Shown here in pieces: positions 11,868 to 23,500 of a stretch of DNA of 47,058 bases (position 1 is the stretch's first letter; each line of letters opens with the position of its first letter). Made by a program: the position numbers and the translations under genes. Source of the stretch: Oceanospirillaceae bacterium (GTDB taxonomy: Bacteria > Pseudomonadota > Gammaproteobacteria > Pseudomonadales > Balneatricaceae); assembly GCA_038137135.1 (NCBI GenBank), contig JAYQBD010000001.1, forward strand, positions 1,932 to 48,989. Direction: 5' to 3'. The notes beneath the pieces were generated by a model. The model had not been told where the DNA came from. It was given only the letters and a program-made list of their open reading frames with translations, and did no database searches.

Positions 11868-12397
11868 TGGATGTAAGCGCAGAACTTAAGGCCAAACTCG
11901 AGCCGATCAAACTTCTTGTTATGGACGTGGATGGCATACTAACCAACGGCACGCTCAGTTTTCTAGCTGATGGCACTGAGGTGAAAACCTTCAGCATTCT
12001 GGATGGCCTAGGCCTGAAACTGCTGATGCAAAACGGTGTTGAGACAGCGATCATTACCGGTCGCAGCTCGCCGCAGGTGAAACTGCGTGCTGAGAGCCTC
12101 GGGATCAACTACACCCAGCAGGGCCGTGAAGATAAACTGATCGCACTGCAGGAGCTCTGGGAGCGTACGGGTTACAGCGCCAGTAACACCGCCTATATCG
12201 GTGACGACCTTCCTGACCTCAGTGCCATTCGAGCGAGTCAGTTTGGTGCAACAGTCCCCAATGGATACTGGCTGGTGCGTCAACATGCTGACTGGATCAG
12301 CGACAAACCAGGTGGAGCAGGTGCTGTTCGCGAGCTCTGTGATCTAATCCTCGCCGCTCAAGGCAAGCTCGATGCAGCCCTGGAGCGCTATCTTTGA
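11867..12397 (+). CDS. kdsC: KDO-8-phosphate phosphatase (HAD family)
   Basis: DVDGILT, IITGR, YIGDDLPD and GGAGAVRE. Confidence 0.95.
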   Translation: MDVSAELKAKLEPIKLLVMDVDGILTNGTLSFLADGTEVKTFSILDGLGLKLLMQNGVETAIITGRSSPQVKLRAESLGINYTQQGREDKLIALQELWERTGYSASNTAYIGDDLPDLSAIRASQFGATVPNGYWLVRQHADWISDKPGGAGAVRELCDLILAAQGKLDAALERYL

Positions 12398-12972
12398 TCT
12401 CACTTAATCGTCTGCGTCTGATTGTCGCCTCACTGCTGGTGCTTGCCCTGCTCATGGTGTGGCAGTTCGGCTTTCGAAGTAGCGAGACTCAGCAGACCCT
12501 CACAGACAGCGACCGACGCATCGACTGGTTTGTCAACGAGGCTTTGCTAACTCGCTACGACCTTAACGGCAAACGCAGCTCGGTCACTGATGCGCAGACG
12601 ATTACCCATTTCGAGGGGCGGCGCGAAAGCGAACTGACACGCCCCTACTCTGTCGGTTTCAAGCCATCGCAAGAGGTTACGCACACCTTGAGTGCGATGC
12701 GAGCAACCTATCAGGACGATAACAGCCGCCTAGACCTTGCGGAACAGGTGGAGCTTCACCATAATCCAGAGACAGATCAGGCTGTTGCAATGTTCACGCC
12801 AAGCCTGACCTATTTCCCGAATAGCGAGCTGGCGGTCACTGAAGACCCTGTAGAGATCACCAGTAGCTCGGGTGAAACGCGGGCAATTGGTATGGAGTTT
12901 TATACTGCCGAGAACCGCATGGAACTGTTATCAACAGTAAGGGGCAACTATGTTGCAACTGAAAACCGTTAA
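12394..12972 (+). CDS. lptC: LPS export protein LptC
   Basis: Single N-terminal TM helix plus beta-rich periplasmic domain ending LLSTVRGNY; lies between kdsC and lptA. Confidence 0.88.
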   Translation: MISLNRLRLIVASLLVLALLMVWQFGFRSSETQQTLTDSDRRIDWFVNEALLTRYDLNGKRSSVTDAQTITHFEGRRESELTRPYSVGFKPSQEVTHTLSAMRATYQDDNSRLDLAEQVELHHNPETDQAVAMFTPSLTYFPNSELAVTEDPVEITSSSGETRAIGMEFYTAENRMELLSTVRGNYVATENR

Positions 12973-13465
12973 ACTCTCTACCGCTGCCCTTCTCGGCTGT
13001 TTGTGCGCCAGCAGTTTCGCACTTGAGAGCGATCGCGACCAGCCGATCTACGTGGCAGCTGACCGCGCCAGTATCGACGACAATACGGGCATCACTGTCT
13101 ACACCGGCAATGTTGATATAACCCAAGGCAGCATGATCCTGCGAGGCGATCGCGTTGAGTTGCGTCGTGATGCCGAAGGCAATGTGGATCAGATCATCTC
13201 AGATGGCACACCTGCCTATTTTGAGCAGCAGCCCTCTGAGGAGCAGGCCGTCACCGTCGCGACGGGCGATAAGCTCGATTACGGGGTCGGCACGCAGTTA
13301 CTGAAGATTATCGGTGACGCCAAGGTAACCCAGGCCGGCGATGAGTTTACCGGTGCTCGTATCAATTACGATATGCAGAAAGCTCTGGTAGACGCCTTCA
13401 GTGACAGCAAATCCGACAAACGTGTTCGCATGGTCATTCAGCCACGCAGTGATTCGGGTTCATGA
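12950..13465 (+). CDS. lptA: LPS transport periplasmic protein LptA/LptH
   Basis: Signal peptide, [20 protein letters not shown] and RVRMVIQP. Confidence 0.93.
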   Translation: MLQLKTVKLSTAALLGCLCASSFALESDRDQPIYVAADRASIDDNTGITVYTGNVDITQGSMILRGDRVELRRDAEGNVDQIISDGTPAYFEQQPSEEQAVTVATGDKLDYGVGTQLLKIIGDAKVTQAGDEFTGARINYDMQKALVDAFSDSKSDKRVRMVIQPRSDSGS

Positions 13466-14187
13466 TCAGACTGGAAGCTAACGCTCTGGCTAAAGCTTAC
13501 CGCGGCCGTGAAGTGATCAAAGATGTCTCACTCAGCGTTGAGCAAGGCGAGATTATCGGGCTGCTTGGTCCCAATGGTGCTGGGAAAACCACCTGTTTCT
13601 ACATGATCGTCGGTCTAATTTCTGCTGATCGAGGTGCCATACGACTCCAGCAGGATGACATCACTCGCCTACCCATACATCAGCGCGCCCGCTTGGGCGT
13701 CGGCTATCTGCCACAAGAAGCTTCCGTGTTTCGCAAGCTAAGTGTCTACGATAATCTAATGGCCATTCTGGAGACACGCAAAGATCTGACTCAGGCGCAG
13801 CGTGAAGAGAAGGCTCAGGCACTACTTGAAGAGTTCCATATCACCCACATACGGGACTCCAAAGGGATGGTGCTCTCTGGCGGTGAACGCCGACGTGTGG
13901 AGATAGCCCGTGCGTTGGCCAATGATCCGAAATTTATCTTACTAGATGAACCTTTTGCCGGCGTCGATCCAATTTCAGTCAGCGACATAAAACAGACAAT
14001 TCGCCACCTGAAAGATCGCGGCATCGGTGTACTAATTACCGACCACAACGTGCGCGAGACTCTCGATATCTGTGAACGCGCCTATATTGTAAGTGAGGGA
14101 CGCATTCTCGCTGAGGGCAACGCTGAGGCGATATTAGCCAATCCGCAGGTGCGTCAGGCATATTTAGGGGACGAGTTTAGGCTGTAA
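13462..14187 (+). CDS. lptB: LPS export ABC ATPase
   Basis: [28 protein letters not shown] and C-terminal YLGDEFRL. Confidence 0.97.
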   Translation: MIRLEANALAKAYRGREVIKDVSLSVEQGEIIGLLGPNGAGKTTCFYMIVGLISADRGAIRLQQDDITRLPIHQRARLGVGYLPQEASVFRKLSVYDNLMAILETRKDLTQAQREEKAQALLEEFHITHIRDSKGMVLSGGERRRVEIARALANDPKFILLDEPFAGVDPISVSDIKQTIRHLKDRGIGVLITDHNVRETLDICERAYIVSEGRILAEGNAEAILANPQVRQAYLGDEFRL

Positions 14188-14219
14188 TTGTCCTGGCTCG
14201 TTTAAGTGAATAAAGAATT

Positions 14220-15779
14220 ATGAAACAGTCTCTTCAGCTAAAAATAGGCCAGTCATTAACGATGACGCCTCAGCTTCAGCAAGCGATCCGCCTGCTGCAG
14301 CTCTCCACACTGGAGCTACAGACTGAGATACAGAATGCGCTTGAGTCCAATCCGCTGCTTGAAGTAGCTGAGGAGGATGAGGGCGACGTCCAAACGAATT
14401 CCAGCGAATCAGAATCAGTAGCCAGCGGTGACTCTGCCGAAGTCAGTACGCAAGCCAGTGACGAAATTGACTCCTCCGCAGAGAGCGAGCTGAGCAGCAA
14501 TGACTGGGATGATCAGCCGGACTCTAGTCAAACCGATAGCGACTGGAATGAGGGGATACCCGATGAGCTGGCGACGGATAGCTCATGGGACGACACTTAC
14601 CAAACCAGCACCACCACAAGCACGGCAACGCGCGACGATGACTGGACGCCCGGCGATAACGACACGCTGCAAGACACGCTGCAAGATCACCTAAGCTGGC
14701 AGCTCAACTTGACTCGTATGAGCGAGTTGGATCGTTTTATCGCTGAGGCTTTCATTGATGCTATCGACGGCGACGGCTACCTGACAACCGACTGCGGCGA
14801 TATTCTGCTGCAGTGTCAGGAGCAGTACCCTGAAGAGTTCATGGATGTCGAGATGGACGAAGTCGAGGCGGTGTTGCACCGACTACAGCAGTTCGACCCT
14901 CCTGGGGTCGCTGCACGCGACCTGAGCGAGTGCCTGACGATTCAGCTGAAACAGCTCTCTCCTGATACCCCTCTGCGCCCAGAGGCGTTGAGATTGTGCC
15001 GTGATTATCTGGCGCTTTTGGGCAACCGCGACTATAAATCAATTATGCGTCGGATGCGGATTAAGGAAGATAGCCTTCAAGCCGTTATTGAACTAATTCA
15101 AACACTTAACCCACACCCCGGCTCGATTATCACCGAGAATGCGGCCGAGTATGTCATTCCTGATGTGCTGGTACGTAAAGTACAAGGGGATTGGGTGGTC
15201 AGCTTAAATAGCGAAGTGTCGCCAGAACTCCGAATCAACGATCAGTATGCGGACTTGATCAAGCGCGGTGATACCAGCGCACAGAACCAGTACCTACGCG
15301 ATAACCTTCAAGAGGCGCGTTGGTTCCTGAAGAGTTTACAGAGTCGTAACGAAACCCTGCTGAAAGTCGCCTCACAGATTGTTGCCAAACAGATCGGCTT
15401 CTTGGAGCGCGGTGATGAGGGGATGGTACCGCTGGTTTTGCATGACATCGCTGAGGCGGTAGAGATGCACGAATCAACGATCTCACGTGTCACTACGCAG
15501 AAGTACATGCATACGCCACGCGGCGTCTTCGAACTGAAGTACTTCTTCTCTAGCCACATCAGCACAGTCGATGGCGGTTCGGCTTCATCGACAGCCATCC
15601 GCGCTGTCATCCGTAAGCTGGTCGATGATGAAGATAGCCGTAAGCCCCTGAGCGATAGCAAGATAGCCAAAATACTTGAAGATCAAGGTTTCAATGTAGC
15701 CAGACGGACAATTGCAAAGTATCGTGAGGTATTGAACATACCACCGTCAAATGAACGCAAACGACTGGTTTCGCAATAG
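14220..15779 (+). CDS. rpoN: RNA polymerase sigma-54 factor
   Basis: [14 protein letters not shown], acidic region II, HESTISR and the RpoN box ARRTIAKYR. Confidence 0.98.
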   Translation: MKQSLQLKIGQSLTMTPQLQQAIRLLQLSTLELQTEIQNALESNPLLEVAEEDEGDVQTNSSESESVASGDSAEVSTQASDEIDSSAESELSSNDWDDQPDSSQTDSDWNEGIPDELATDSSWDDTYQTSTTTSTATRDDDWTPGDNDTLQDTLQDHLSWQLNLTRMSELDRFIAEAFIDAIDGDGYLTTDCGDILLQCQEQYPEEFMDVEMDEVEAVLHRLQQFDPPGVAARDLSECLTIQLKQLSPDTPLRPEALRLCRDYLALLGNRDYKSIMRRMRIKEDSLQAVIELIQTLNPHPGSIITENAAEYVIPDVLVRKVQGDWVVSLNSEVSPELRINDQYADLIKRGDTSAQNQYLRDNLQEARWFLKSLQSRNETLLKVASQIVAKQIGFLERGDEGMVPLVLHDIAEAVEMHESTISRVTTQKYMHTPRGVFELKYFFSSHISTVDGGSASSTAIRAVIRKLVDDEDSRKPLSDSKIAKILEDQGFNVARRTIAKYREVLNIPPSNERKRLVSQ

Positions 15780-15836
15780 ATTTTTTGAGGCAGGGCGGGC
15801 CTCTACCCTATTCCGCCCGGTACGAGGAGAAGTCAT

Positions 15837-16127
15837 ATGCAAATTAACATCACCGGACATCATGTAGAGCTGACTGAAAGCATGAGCGAATACGTGCGTA
15901 CCAAATTTGACAAACTAGAGCGCCACTTCGACAACATCCAGAGTGCTCAGGTTACCCTTAGCGTGGAGAAGCAGGGTCAGAAAGCTGAGGCCGATATTCA
16001 TTTGGCCGGCGGTCAGGTTGTCGCCTCACATGAGCACGATGATATGTATGCCGCGATTGATGCGATGGTGGACAAACTTGACCGCCAGATCATCAAGCAC
16101 AAAGAGAAAATGAAATCACACAAATAA
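15837..16127 (+). CDS. hpf: Ribosome hibernation promoting factor (short HPF)
   Basis: MQINITGHH...DMYAAID...KLDRQ..KHKEK; follows rpoN. Confidence 0.95.
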   Translation: MQINITGHHVELTESMSEYVRTKFDKLERHFDNIQSAQVTLSVEKQGQKAEADIHLAGGQVVASHEHDDMYAAIDAMVDKLDRQIIKHKEKMKSHK

Positions 16128-16142
16128 GTGAAGTAATAGACA

Positions 16143-16601
16143 ATGCAACTTGGAGAACTGCTAACCAGTTCAGCGACCCAACAGGGTGCTGACATTGCTA
16201 GCAAAAAGCGTGTCTTAGAGGTGGCCAGCGAGATGCTGGCCACTTCCGTTAATGGCACCGATGCTGACACTATTTTTTCTGGACTACTTAACCGCGAACG
16301 CTTAGGCAGCACAGGCCTAGGGTCAGGGGTTGGGATTCCCCACTGTCGCATTGCCGGAGCCGACAAACCGGCTGCTGCGTTGCTGACACTGACTAAACCC
16401 ATCGACTTTGATGCGATAGACAGCCAACCGGTCGACCTAATCTGCGCTTTGATCGTTCCGGACGACGGCAACGATGAGCATCTAAAAACGCTAGCGGGCC
16501 TCGCTGAACTATTCAGCAACCCGAAAGCGCTTAACGAACTGCGCCAGAGTCCCAACAGTGATGCGCTATTCAACAACGCTCAATCCCTGTCTAGAGCCTA
16601 G
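16143..16601 (+). CDS. ptsN: PTS EIIA-Ntr
   Basis: SKKRVLE, RERLGSTGLG.GVGIPH and FDAIDSQPVDL. Confidence 0.93.
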   Translation: MQLGELLTSSATQQGADIASKKRVLEVASEMLATSVNGTDADTIFSGLLNRERLGSTGLGSGVGIPHCRIAGADKPAAALLTLTKPIDFDAIDSQPVDLICALIVPDDGNDEHLKTLAGLAELFSNPKALNELRQSPNSDALFNNAQSLSRA

Positions 16602-16612
16602 AGATAATTAAG

Positions 16613-17470
16613 ATGCGACTCGTAGTAATCAGCGGACGCAGCGGATCGGGTAAAACCACTGCACTTCAGGCACTGGAGGATGTGGGTTTCTACTGCATCG
16701 ATAACCTGCCTGCCAGTTTGCTGCCGATGCTAGTCGATCAAATGAATTCCAACTCAAATGGCCCACGGCGAATTGCGGTCGGCATCGATGCTCGTAATCA
16801 GTTTGCAGATTTGAAGCGATTCGAAGAGGTTGTTGTGCGTCTCAGAGAGGCGTCGGATCTGTCGTTCGAGATTGTCTTTCTAGACGCCTCGGAAGAGTCC
16901 CTGCTCAAACGCTACTCTGCTACTCGAAGAAAACATCCGCTGAGTACCGACGAGATTGTTCTCGAACAAGCTATTCAACTTGAAAAGTCACTACTCGAAC
17001 CCATCGTATCCGCTGCTGACCTTCAGATCGACACCACGCAGCTAACACTCTACCAACTGCGCGACACAATAAAAGATCGGGTCGCCCAAAGGGCTGAACA
17101 GACGTTGGCACTGCAGTTTGAGTCCTTCGGTTTCAAGCATGGCGTGCCACTGGATATAGATTTCAGCTTCGATGTTAGAATTCTACCCAACCCCTACTGG
17201 TATCCTGAGCTGCGCCAGTATACCGGGCAGGATCAACCGGTCGTCGAATTCTTGGGTAAGGAACCTGAGGTGAAGAAGATGATTGAAGATATACGCTCAT
17301 TCATCGAGAGCTGGATACCCGGTTTCAAAAGTAACAATCGCAGCTATGTCACCGTGGGTATTGGCTGCACTGGCGGTCAGCACCGTTCTGTGTTTGTCGC
17401 TGAACAACTTGCTGGTTATTTCAAAGAGCATATGGATAATGTGCAGGTGCGCCACCGAGAGCTGAGTTAA
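16613..17470 (+). CDS. rapZ: RNase adapter RapZ (YhbJ)
   Basis: SGRSGSGKT, SFGFKHG, LPNPYW and GCTGGQHRSV. Confidence 0.96.
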   Translation: MRLVVISGRSGSGKTTALQALEDVGFYCIDNLPASLLPMLVDQMNSNSNGPRRIAVGIDARNQFADLKRFEEVVVRLREASDLSFEIVFLDASEESLLKRYSATRRKHPLSTDEIVLEQAIQLEKSLLEPIVSAADLQIDTTQLTLYQLRDTIKDRVAQRAEQTLALQFESFGFKHGVPLDIDFSFDVRILPNPYWYPELRQYTGQDQPVVEFLGKEPEVKKMIEDIRSFIESWIPGFKSNNRSYVTVGIGCTGGQHRSVFVAEQLAGYFKEHMDNVQVRHRELS

Positions 17471-17474
17471 CTCT

Positions 17475-17744
17475 ATGATTGAACAAGAGATCACGATCAT
17501 CAACAAGCTTGGGCTGCACGCTCGAGCCGCCGCTAAACTGATCGGCACCACTAGCTCCTTCGCTTGCGACATTCGTATCGATAAAGGGGGTCGCGAGGTC
17601 GATGCTAAGAGTATAATGGCCGTAATGATGCTGGCTGCCTCCAAAGGGACAGAACTCAAAATCATCACCAACGGTGAGGATGAGGCGGCAGCAATGGACG
17701 CTGTGACAGCGCTAATTAATAACCGCTTTGATGAAGAGGAGTAG
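17475..17744 (+). CDS. npr: Phosphocarrier NPr/HPr
   Basis: NKLGLHARAAAK and DAKSIMAVMML; last PTS-Ntr gene of the rpoN operon. Confidence 0.92.
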   Translation: MIEQEITIINKLGLHARAAAKLIGTTSSFACDIRIDKGGREVDAKSIMAVMMLAASKGTELKIITNGEDEAAAMDAVTALINNRFDEEE

Positions 17745-17784
17745 TGCCTTAAGAGACTCTTAAGCCACTCGCTCTGAGGGACGA

Positions 17785-19143
17785 ATGATGAGCACAGACG
17801 ATAATCAGATCGATCTAGAATCGCTGTCGACCGCCCTCGAGACCAATCAGCATCGCGAAATCCGTTTTATGATTAACCGCGGCATGCGTCCCGTAGAGGT
17901 TGCGCATCTGCTGGAAAAATCCCCTCCCCGCGAACGTCGTATCCTCTGGGGCCTGATCAATCAGGACAATGAGGGTGATGTGCTACAACACCTCGGTGAC
18001 GATATTCAGGCTGAAATCCTCAGCGAAATGAATGCCTCCGAGCTGCTAGCGATCACCGAATCTCTGGACACCGACGACCTTGCAGACATCATGCAGCAGT
18101 TGCCTGACACGATCATGCGCGAACTGCTCGAGAACATGGATCTGCAAAACCGCGAGCGGCTGGAGGAGGTACTCTCCTACCCTGAGGACACCGCTGGCGG
18201 CCTGATGAACACCGATACGGTGACCATCCGTCCCGACATTACTGTCGAGGCGGCGTTGCGCTATCTGCGCCGCCATCGAGAGATTCCGGAAGGCACCGAC
18301 TCAATCTTCATTGTCAGCCGCAAGAAAAACACCCTGATAGGTGTACTGCCGCTGACACGTTTGATAACCGCCGATCCAACCATGCTCGTGCGCGAAATCA
18401 TGCAGGCTGATGGCGAAGATGCGATTCCCGCTAATATGCCCGATGACGAGGTCGCCCGTATCTTCGAGCAGCGCGATCTCATCTCCGCACCGGTAGTGAA
18501 CGACGAGGGTCGCCTACTGGGGCGTATCACTATCGATGACGTGGTAGATGTTATCCGAGAGGATGCTGACCACTCGCTGATGAGCATGGCAGGTCTAGAT
18601 GAGGATGAGGACACCTTTGCCCCCATCTTTAAAACCAGTAAACGCCGTGCTGTCTGGCTGGGTATAAACCTGATTACGGCCTTCCTAGCCTCAGCGGTTA
18701 TTGGACTGTTTGAAGCCACAATCGACCAGGTTGTGGCCCTTGCAGTGCTCATGCCGATCGTTGCATCAATGGGTGGTATCGCCGGTAGCCAGACACTGAC
18801 GCTGGTTATCCGCGGTCAAGCACTGGGGCATATCGAGAGTTCTAATATCGGCTGGCTATTCAATCGTGAGCTGGTGGTCGGCCTGCTAAACGGAATGCTC
18901 TGGGCAACCGTTGTTGCCGCGATTGCTGTACTTTGGTTCCAAGACACTACCATCGGCATCGTTATCGCTATGGCTATTATCGTCAATTTAATTGCCGGAG
19001 CCGCAGCTGGAAGCCTGCTGCCAATGACACTGAAATCAGCCGGCATAGATCCCGCACTCGCCGGCGGCGTGCTACTAACCACCATTACAGATGTAGTAGG
19101 TTTCTTCGCCTTCCTGGGGCTAGCAACCTTCTTCTACGCATAG
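17785..19143 (+). CDS. mgtE: Magnesium transporter MgtE
   Basis: YPEDTAGGLM, CBS pair, PIVASMGGIAGSQ and DPALAGGVLLTTITDVVGF. Confidence 0.96.
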   Translation: MMSTDDNQIDLESLSTALETNQHREIRFMINRGMRPVEVAHLLEKSPPRERRILWGLINQDNEGDVLQHLGDDIQAEILSEMNASELLAITESLDTDDLADIMQQLPDTIMRELLENMDLQNRERLEEVLSYPEDTAGGLMNTDTVTIRPDITVEAALRYLRRHREIPEGTDSIFIVSRKKNTLIGVLPLTRLITADPTMLVREIMQADGEDAIPANMPDDEVARIFEQRDLISAPVVNDEGRLLGRITIDDVVDVIREDADHSLMSMAGLDEDEDTFAPIFKTSKRRAVWLGINLITAFLASAVIGLFEATIDQVVALAVLMPIVASMGGIAGSQTLTLVIRGQALGHIESSNIGWLFNRELVVGLLNGMLWATVVAAIAVLWFQDTTIGIVIAMAIIVNLIAGAAAGSLLPMTLKSAGIDPALAGGVLLTTITDVVGFFAFLGLATFFYA

Positions 19144-19163
19144 AACCGAGATGGACTAAGAGA

Positions 19164-19703
19164 ATGAGAAAAGAGCGCTACCAAGACGAACCTGAAGAGG
19201 AGATCGAGTACGTCAGCCGTACCGAAATGAAGCGCTACATGGATGAACTTCAAGCGCTGGGCAAGCGTTTGACTGAGCTACGTCCAGATCAACAGGCGCA
19301 GATACCCATGGATGAGCGTCTACGTGAAGCAGTGGAAGAGATGGCCCGCATCACGAGTAATGGTGCTAAGAAACGCCATCTCAACTTCATCGGTAAATTG
19401 ATGCGTAACGAAGATGAGGACCAGATCAAAGCTGCTATCGAGCGATTTGATTCCGCTTCAGAAGCCCATAACCAACGTTTTCACCGCTTAGAGCGCCTGC
19501 GTGAGCAGCTAATCGATGAGAACAGTGAGCGTAGTCAGGCGGCTTTCAGTGAGGTGATCGCTAGTTACCCTGATTGCGATATCCAGCATCTACGTACGCT
19601 GATTCGCAATGCCGTCAAAGAGCGGGCACAGAACAAACCTCCCGTGGCGTTTCGTAAGATATTCCAATACCTGCGTGAGCTGGAAGAGCAGTCAGAGAAC
19701 TAG
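19164..19703 (+). CDS. yjgA: Ribosome-associated protein YjgA/DarP (DUF615)
   Basis: SRTEMKR..ELQALGKRL, KRHLNFIGKLMR, DIQHLRTLIRNA and RKIFQYL. Start set at ATG 19164. Confidence 0.92.
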   Translation: MRKERYQDEPEEEIEYVSRTEMKRYMDELQALGKRLTELRPDQQAQIPMDERLREAVEEMARITSNGAKKRHLNFIGKLMRNEDEDQIKAAIERFDSASEAHNQRFHRLERLREQLIDENSERSQAAFSEVIASYPDCDIQHLRTLIRNAVKERAQNKPPVAFRKIFQYLRELEEQSEN

Positions 19704-19717
19704 CAGCCCGTTAACTT

Positions 19718-20527
19718 TTAGAGGCTGTCACGCCTCTGACCTAGCACCGGCATCTCAGTTCGGATCCGGTGTAGGCGCTGCAAATCAATATCAGCAGTCA
19801 CGACATCGAAGCCCTGAGGCTTGCTCTGAGCGATCACCTCCCCCCAAGGGTCGACAATCATCGAGTGACCATAGGTGAGACGGTTATTACCGTGATCACC
19901 ACCCTGCCCGGCACCAAGAATATAGCACTGGTTCTCAATAGCACGCGCTCGCAACAGCACCTCCCAGTGCGCATCGCCGGTCACCTGAGTAAAGGCAGAG
20001 GGTACAGAGATCACCTCAGCACCTAAGTGTCGCAAACGCTGATAATGAGCAGGGAAGCGCAGATCGTAACAGATGGAGAGCCCCAACAGCCCCACCGGAG
20101 TACGGACCAGACTCAGCGCCTCGCCCGGTGCTATCCAACTCGACTCTCGATAAGCACCCTTAGAGTCGGCCACATCAACATCAAACAGATGACGTTTGTC
20201 ATACTGAGCGACCTGTTCACCTGCAGCGCTGAACAGCAGGGAGCGAGCATATACACGTCCGTCCGCCGATGGAACGGGAAAGCTGCCCGCAAGAATCCAG
20301 ATTGAGTGCTCGATGGCTGCCTCGGCCAACGTCTCTATGGCAGCCTGTGCCCGACTGGAGTTAGCGAACTCGACCAAACGTTTAGAGTCGAACAGCAAAA
20401 AATTCTCGGGCAAGAGAACAAGCTTACTCCCCTGCTCCTTAGCTGCAATTACACCTTCAACCGCCTGCTCGAGATTCACCTCAGGATCGGCACCTGAAAC
20501 CATCTGAACGAGCCCGACACGACTCAC
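19718..20527 (-). CDS. Carbon-nitrogen hydrolase, Nit1-like (deaminated-glutathione amidase type)
   Basis: Catalytic E-K-C in LLPEN, YDKRHLFD and ICYDLRF; ARAIENQCY and GHSMIVDPWG. Confidence 0.88.
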   Translation of the reverse strand: MSRVGLVQMVSGADPEVNLEQAVEGVIAAKEQGSKLVLLPENFLLFDSKRLVEFANSSRAQAAIETLAEAAIEHSIWILAGSFPVPSADGRVYARSLLFSAAGEQVAQYDKRHLFDVDVADSKGAYRESSWIAPGEALSLVRTPVGLLGLSICYDLRFPAHYQRLRHLGAEVISVPSAFTQVTGDAHWEVLLRARAIENQCYILGAGQGGDHGNNRLTYGHSMIVDPWGEVIAQSKPQGFDVVTADIDLQRLHRIRTEMPVLGQRRDSL

Positions 20528-23500
20528 TGATTCGCCTTTTTATCAGCGGAGTTCAACAAATTGAGCTCAGGAGAATCCCAGCCGCCGCTGAGCTTATAGG
20601 CAATGGAAGTCGCTTTTTCAATCTTATCGCCGATCAGTTTATCGATCAGAAAGAGCGCTCCTGCAACCTGAGGTGCACCGAGCAAAACCGCCGCGAGCGG
20701 TGTATTGCTGACCAGCGGCAGCGTCACGTTGACCTGCATGTTGAGTCGTTTGCTACCCAAGTCGATATCGCCATTAGCGAGCATACCGGCTGAGGGGCCT
20801 TTCATCTCCATCGGCTTCACCGAGCTTGCGATACCATCCTGTATAAGGAAGTCGCCGCTAATGCCATCGAACACCACCCCTTTGGCAAAGAGATCGGTAA
20901 AGTCTAATTGCAGGCGCCGTACTAGATTATTGAAGTTCAAAATCCCAAACAGACGCAACAGACCTGTGCCACCAGAGGCCTCCAATAGACGACCTTTCCC
21001 AGTAGAGAATTTCAGGTTGCCATACATATAACGTCCTGCAAACTGCCAGGGGGCAGCCTCCCAAGCCAAGGCGATACGCCCGCTGAGCGACTCTGTCTCG
21101 ATTAGCCTAGCCTCATCCAGACTCACCAGCGTGTTGCCTAAATCCTTACCTTGATAGCCCAGGTTTACCTGCGTCAGCTCAGTATCGGCGAGTATCCAGC
21201 TGGCGTTACCATTCAGCTCTAGATCCTGCATCTCACCCCGAAGAGAACTCAGCGCCACACTCTGGCCTATACGGCGCATACTGCCGCGCCACCGTCCAAG
21301 GGCCGCCTCATTCCAGCGCAGATCGGCAACATCAAAATCGAGTGCCGGAACTGCGTCAAACAGCGTTTGAGAGGTACGTTCAGGGTCAACATCAGCACCT
21401 TCCCTAACTTGAGTCGATTCAGTTTTGGGCACGCGCAAATGCATACGATTGAGAGCGATACGATAGGCGGGCTGCTCCCGGCTCCATGAGACAAGACCCT
21501 CTACTTTAGGTCCGGACAGAAGCACCTGCATTTCAGAGCCGAGCTGTGATAACTGCGCTTCAACCTGATCCAGCACTAGGGGGCCAGCCGTCAATGCACC
21601 GACACCCAGATCGAGATCGAGCGGCAGGCTGCCATTACCGCCCTTATTGAAAGTTGAATTGAGCGTTGCGATAAAGCTGAACAGCTCGCCGAGCTCCAAC
21701 TCATCTAACTGCCCATCCACTTTGAATCCAGCTGTTTGAGGTATGCGTGCAGCGCCCCCTCCTAAGCGAAAATGTGCTTTGAGCACTTCGCCGAGCTGCA
21801 TTGATGCACGTAAGCGATCAGCGTAATTGACGGCAAGTAGCAAGGGAGACCCCAAGGCCAACTCCACACTCAACCGACTGGTCTGATCGGGCTCTAACGC
21901 AAACGCCTCAGGTCCATTCACCTGCGTACCCGCCATATTCGACTCGAGTACAAGAGAGGAGCGACACTGATCGACTCGGCACAGTTTCAAACGGCCACTC
22001 AGCGGGATCTCACCAGAGATAAAGGATTTAAGCGGAATCCGTCCCCACTCCAACAGCGGCTCTACACCCCAACGGCCAGAGAATTGCACCTCTGTGCCCT
22101 GCTCTGCGGAACTACTGATATCAACCTTAGCGGCACGGCCAAGAAAACGGCTATCCACACCCCTGGCACTTAAACCAGAACGCGTATCAAACACCAGGGT
22201 TCCTTCGATATCGGTCAGGGCTAGACGCTGCTTCTCTGAAGCAAATATCCCTTCATTCACCCCTGCTTGCACACGCACTCTGGGCGCATAACTGCGGTCC
22301 AAGGCGATACCCAGTTTGACCAAAGAGCGGTGCGCGCCTGCAAGCTGCCAATCATCAAGGCTCTTGCCTGCTGTCGCAGCAAGCGGATCTGAGCGCAGCA
22401 GTTGGTCTACCTGAACAAGATCACCCTCAACCTGCCCCCAAATAAAAAGCTCATTTTTACCCTGAGGTTTAATCAGAACCGAAGGTCCCGCTTCAGAGTT
22501 GAGAATCTGCGCCTGAGACAGATCAACCCTTACCTCGCCTTGGCGCATATGGGTAAACGAATTCGCTTTCAGCAGTTCGGGCCAAGGCGCTTGGTAATCC
22601 AGATTTACGTCGCGGGCTGCGACATAGAGCTCAACGCTTGGGGCCGGACGCCCCTCTATAGCACGCGTCGGGGCGTAAACAATCAATCCGGCTTCATCCA
22701 CCTGCCCAGCTTGAGTGGCGCGCGCGACCCACTCTTGAACTTTCTCTGTCCCCGGTAAGACGTCAGGGGTCAACAGCGCAGCAGCCTCGGCTTTAGCCCC
22801 CTGCAAGCCGATCATAAGTTTCAGAAAGGATTGCTGTTCAGGGTCGAAAGGCAAATTAATCGAAAAAGCGCCATCCGCCGCAAACTGCTCATGCACCAGT
22901 TGCAGCGGGCCGGAGCTAAGCTCAACCGCCTCGTCTCGAATTCGCCAGTTCAACCGCCCCTGAGCGAGCTCATAACTCTGAGCTTGGGAATAGACCGTTG
23001 GAAAACTAAGTTCAATCTCACGCGAATCGATATCAAGCCGACCCGACTGTGCATCTAACTCCAGCTGAGCGGTTAGGTTTTTGACTGAAGGAGCTCGGCG
23101 CCACGAGGCGATATCCACACCCACCAAATTTGCCCGCAAGAAGGGCCCGCGTTCCTGATCACTCAGATCCAGTCGAATATTATTGACCTCACCTTTAGGC
23201 GCAAGATCGACCAGCATCAATTTGATCTTTTCTGGCAGCGGATAGCGAACCAGTAACTCATCAAGCAACTCAAGGTCGAGGCTGCGCAGCAAAATACGCG
23301 AGAGCTGCAGTTCACCGGCAACTCGATGCAGCTCGAACTGACTAGGCCCAAAGTCGAGCTGCCCTAACGCATCACCGATATGAGTATCACGCAGCAGAAG
23401 CTGGTAGCCCTCTGAGTAGGGTCGCAGACTAAATTCCGTTGAGCTATCGACTAGATTTAGAGTGTTTTCTTTCAACTCAACCCGAGCTTGGTCAACGCCC

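Noticed and set aside
15780-15836. Possible sigma-54 promoter or terminator between rpoN and hpf
   Set aside because: No TGGCAC-N5-TTGC match; the GGGCGG/CCGCCC stem has a long loop and no U-tract.
18933-19163. 77-codon N-terminal extension of yjgA in the ORF track
   Set aside because: Mostly overlaps mgtE in another frame; YjgA similarity begins after ATG 19164.
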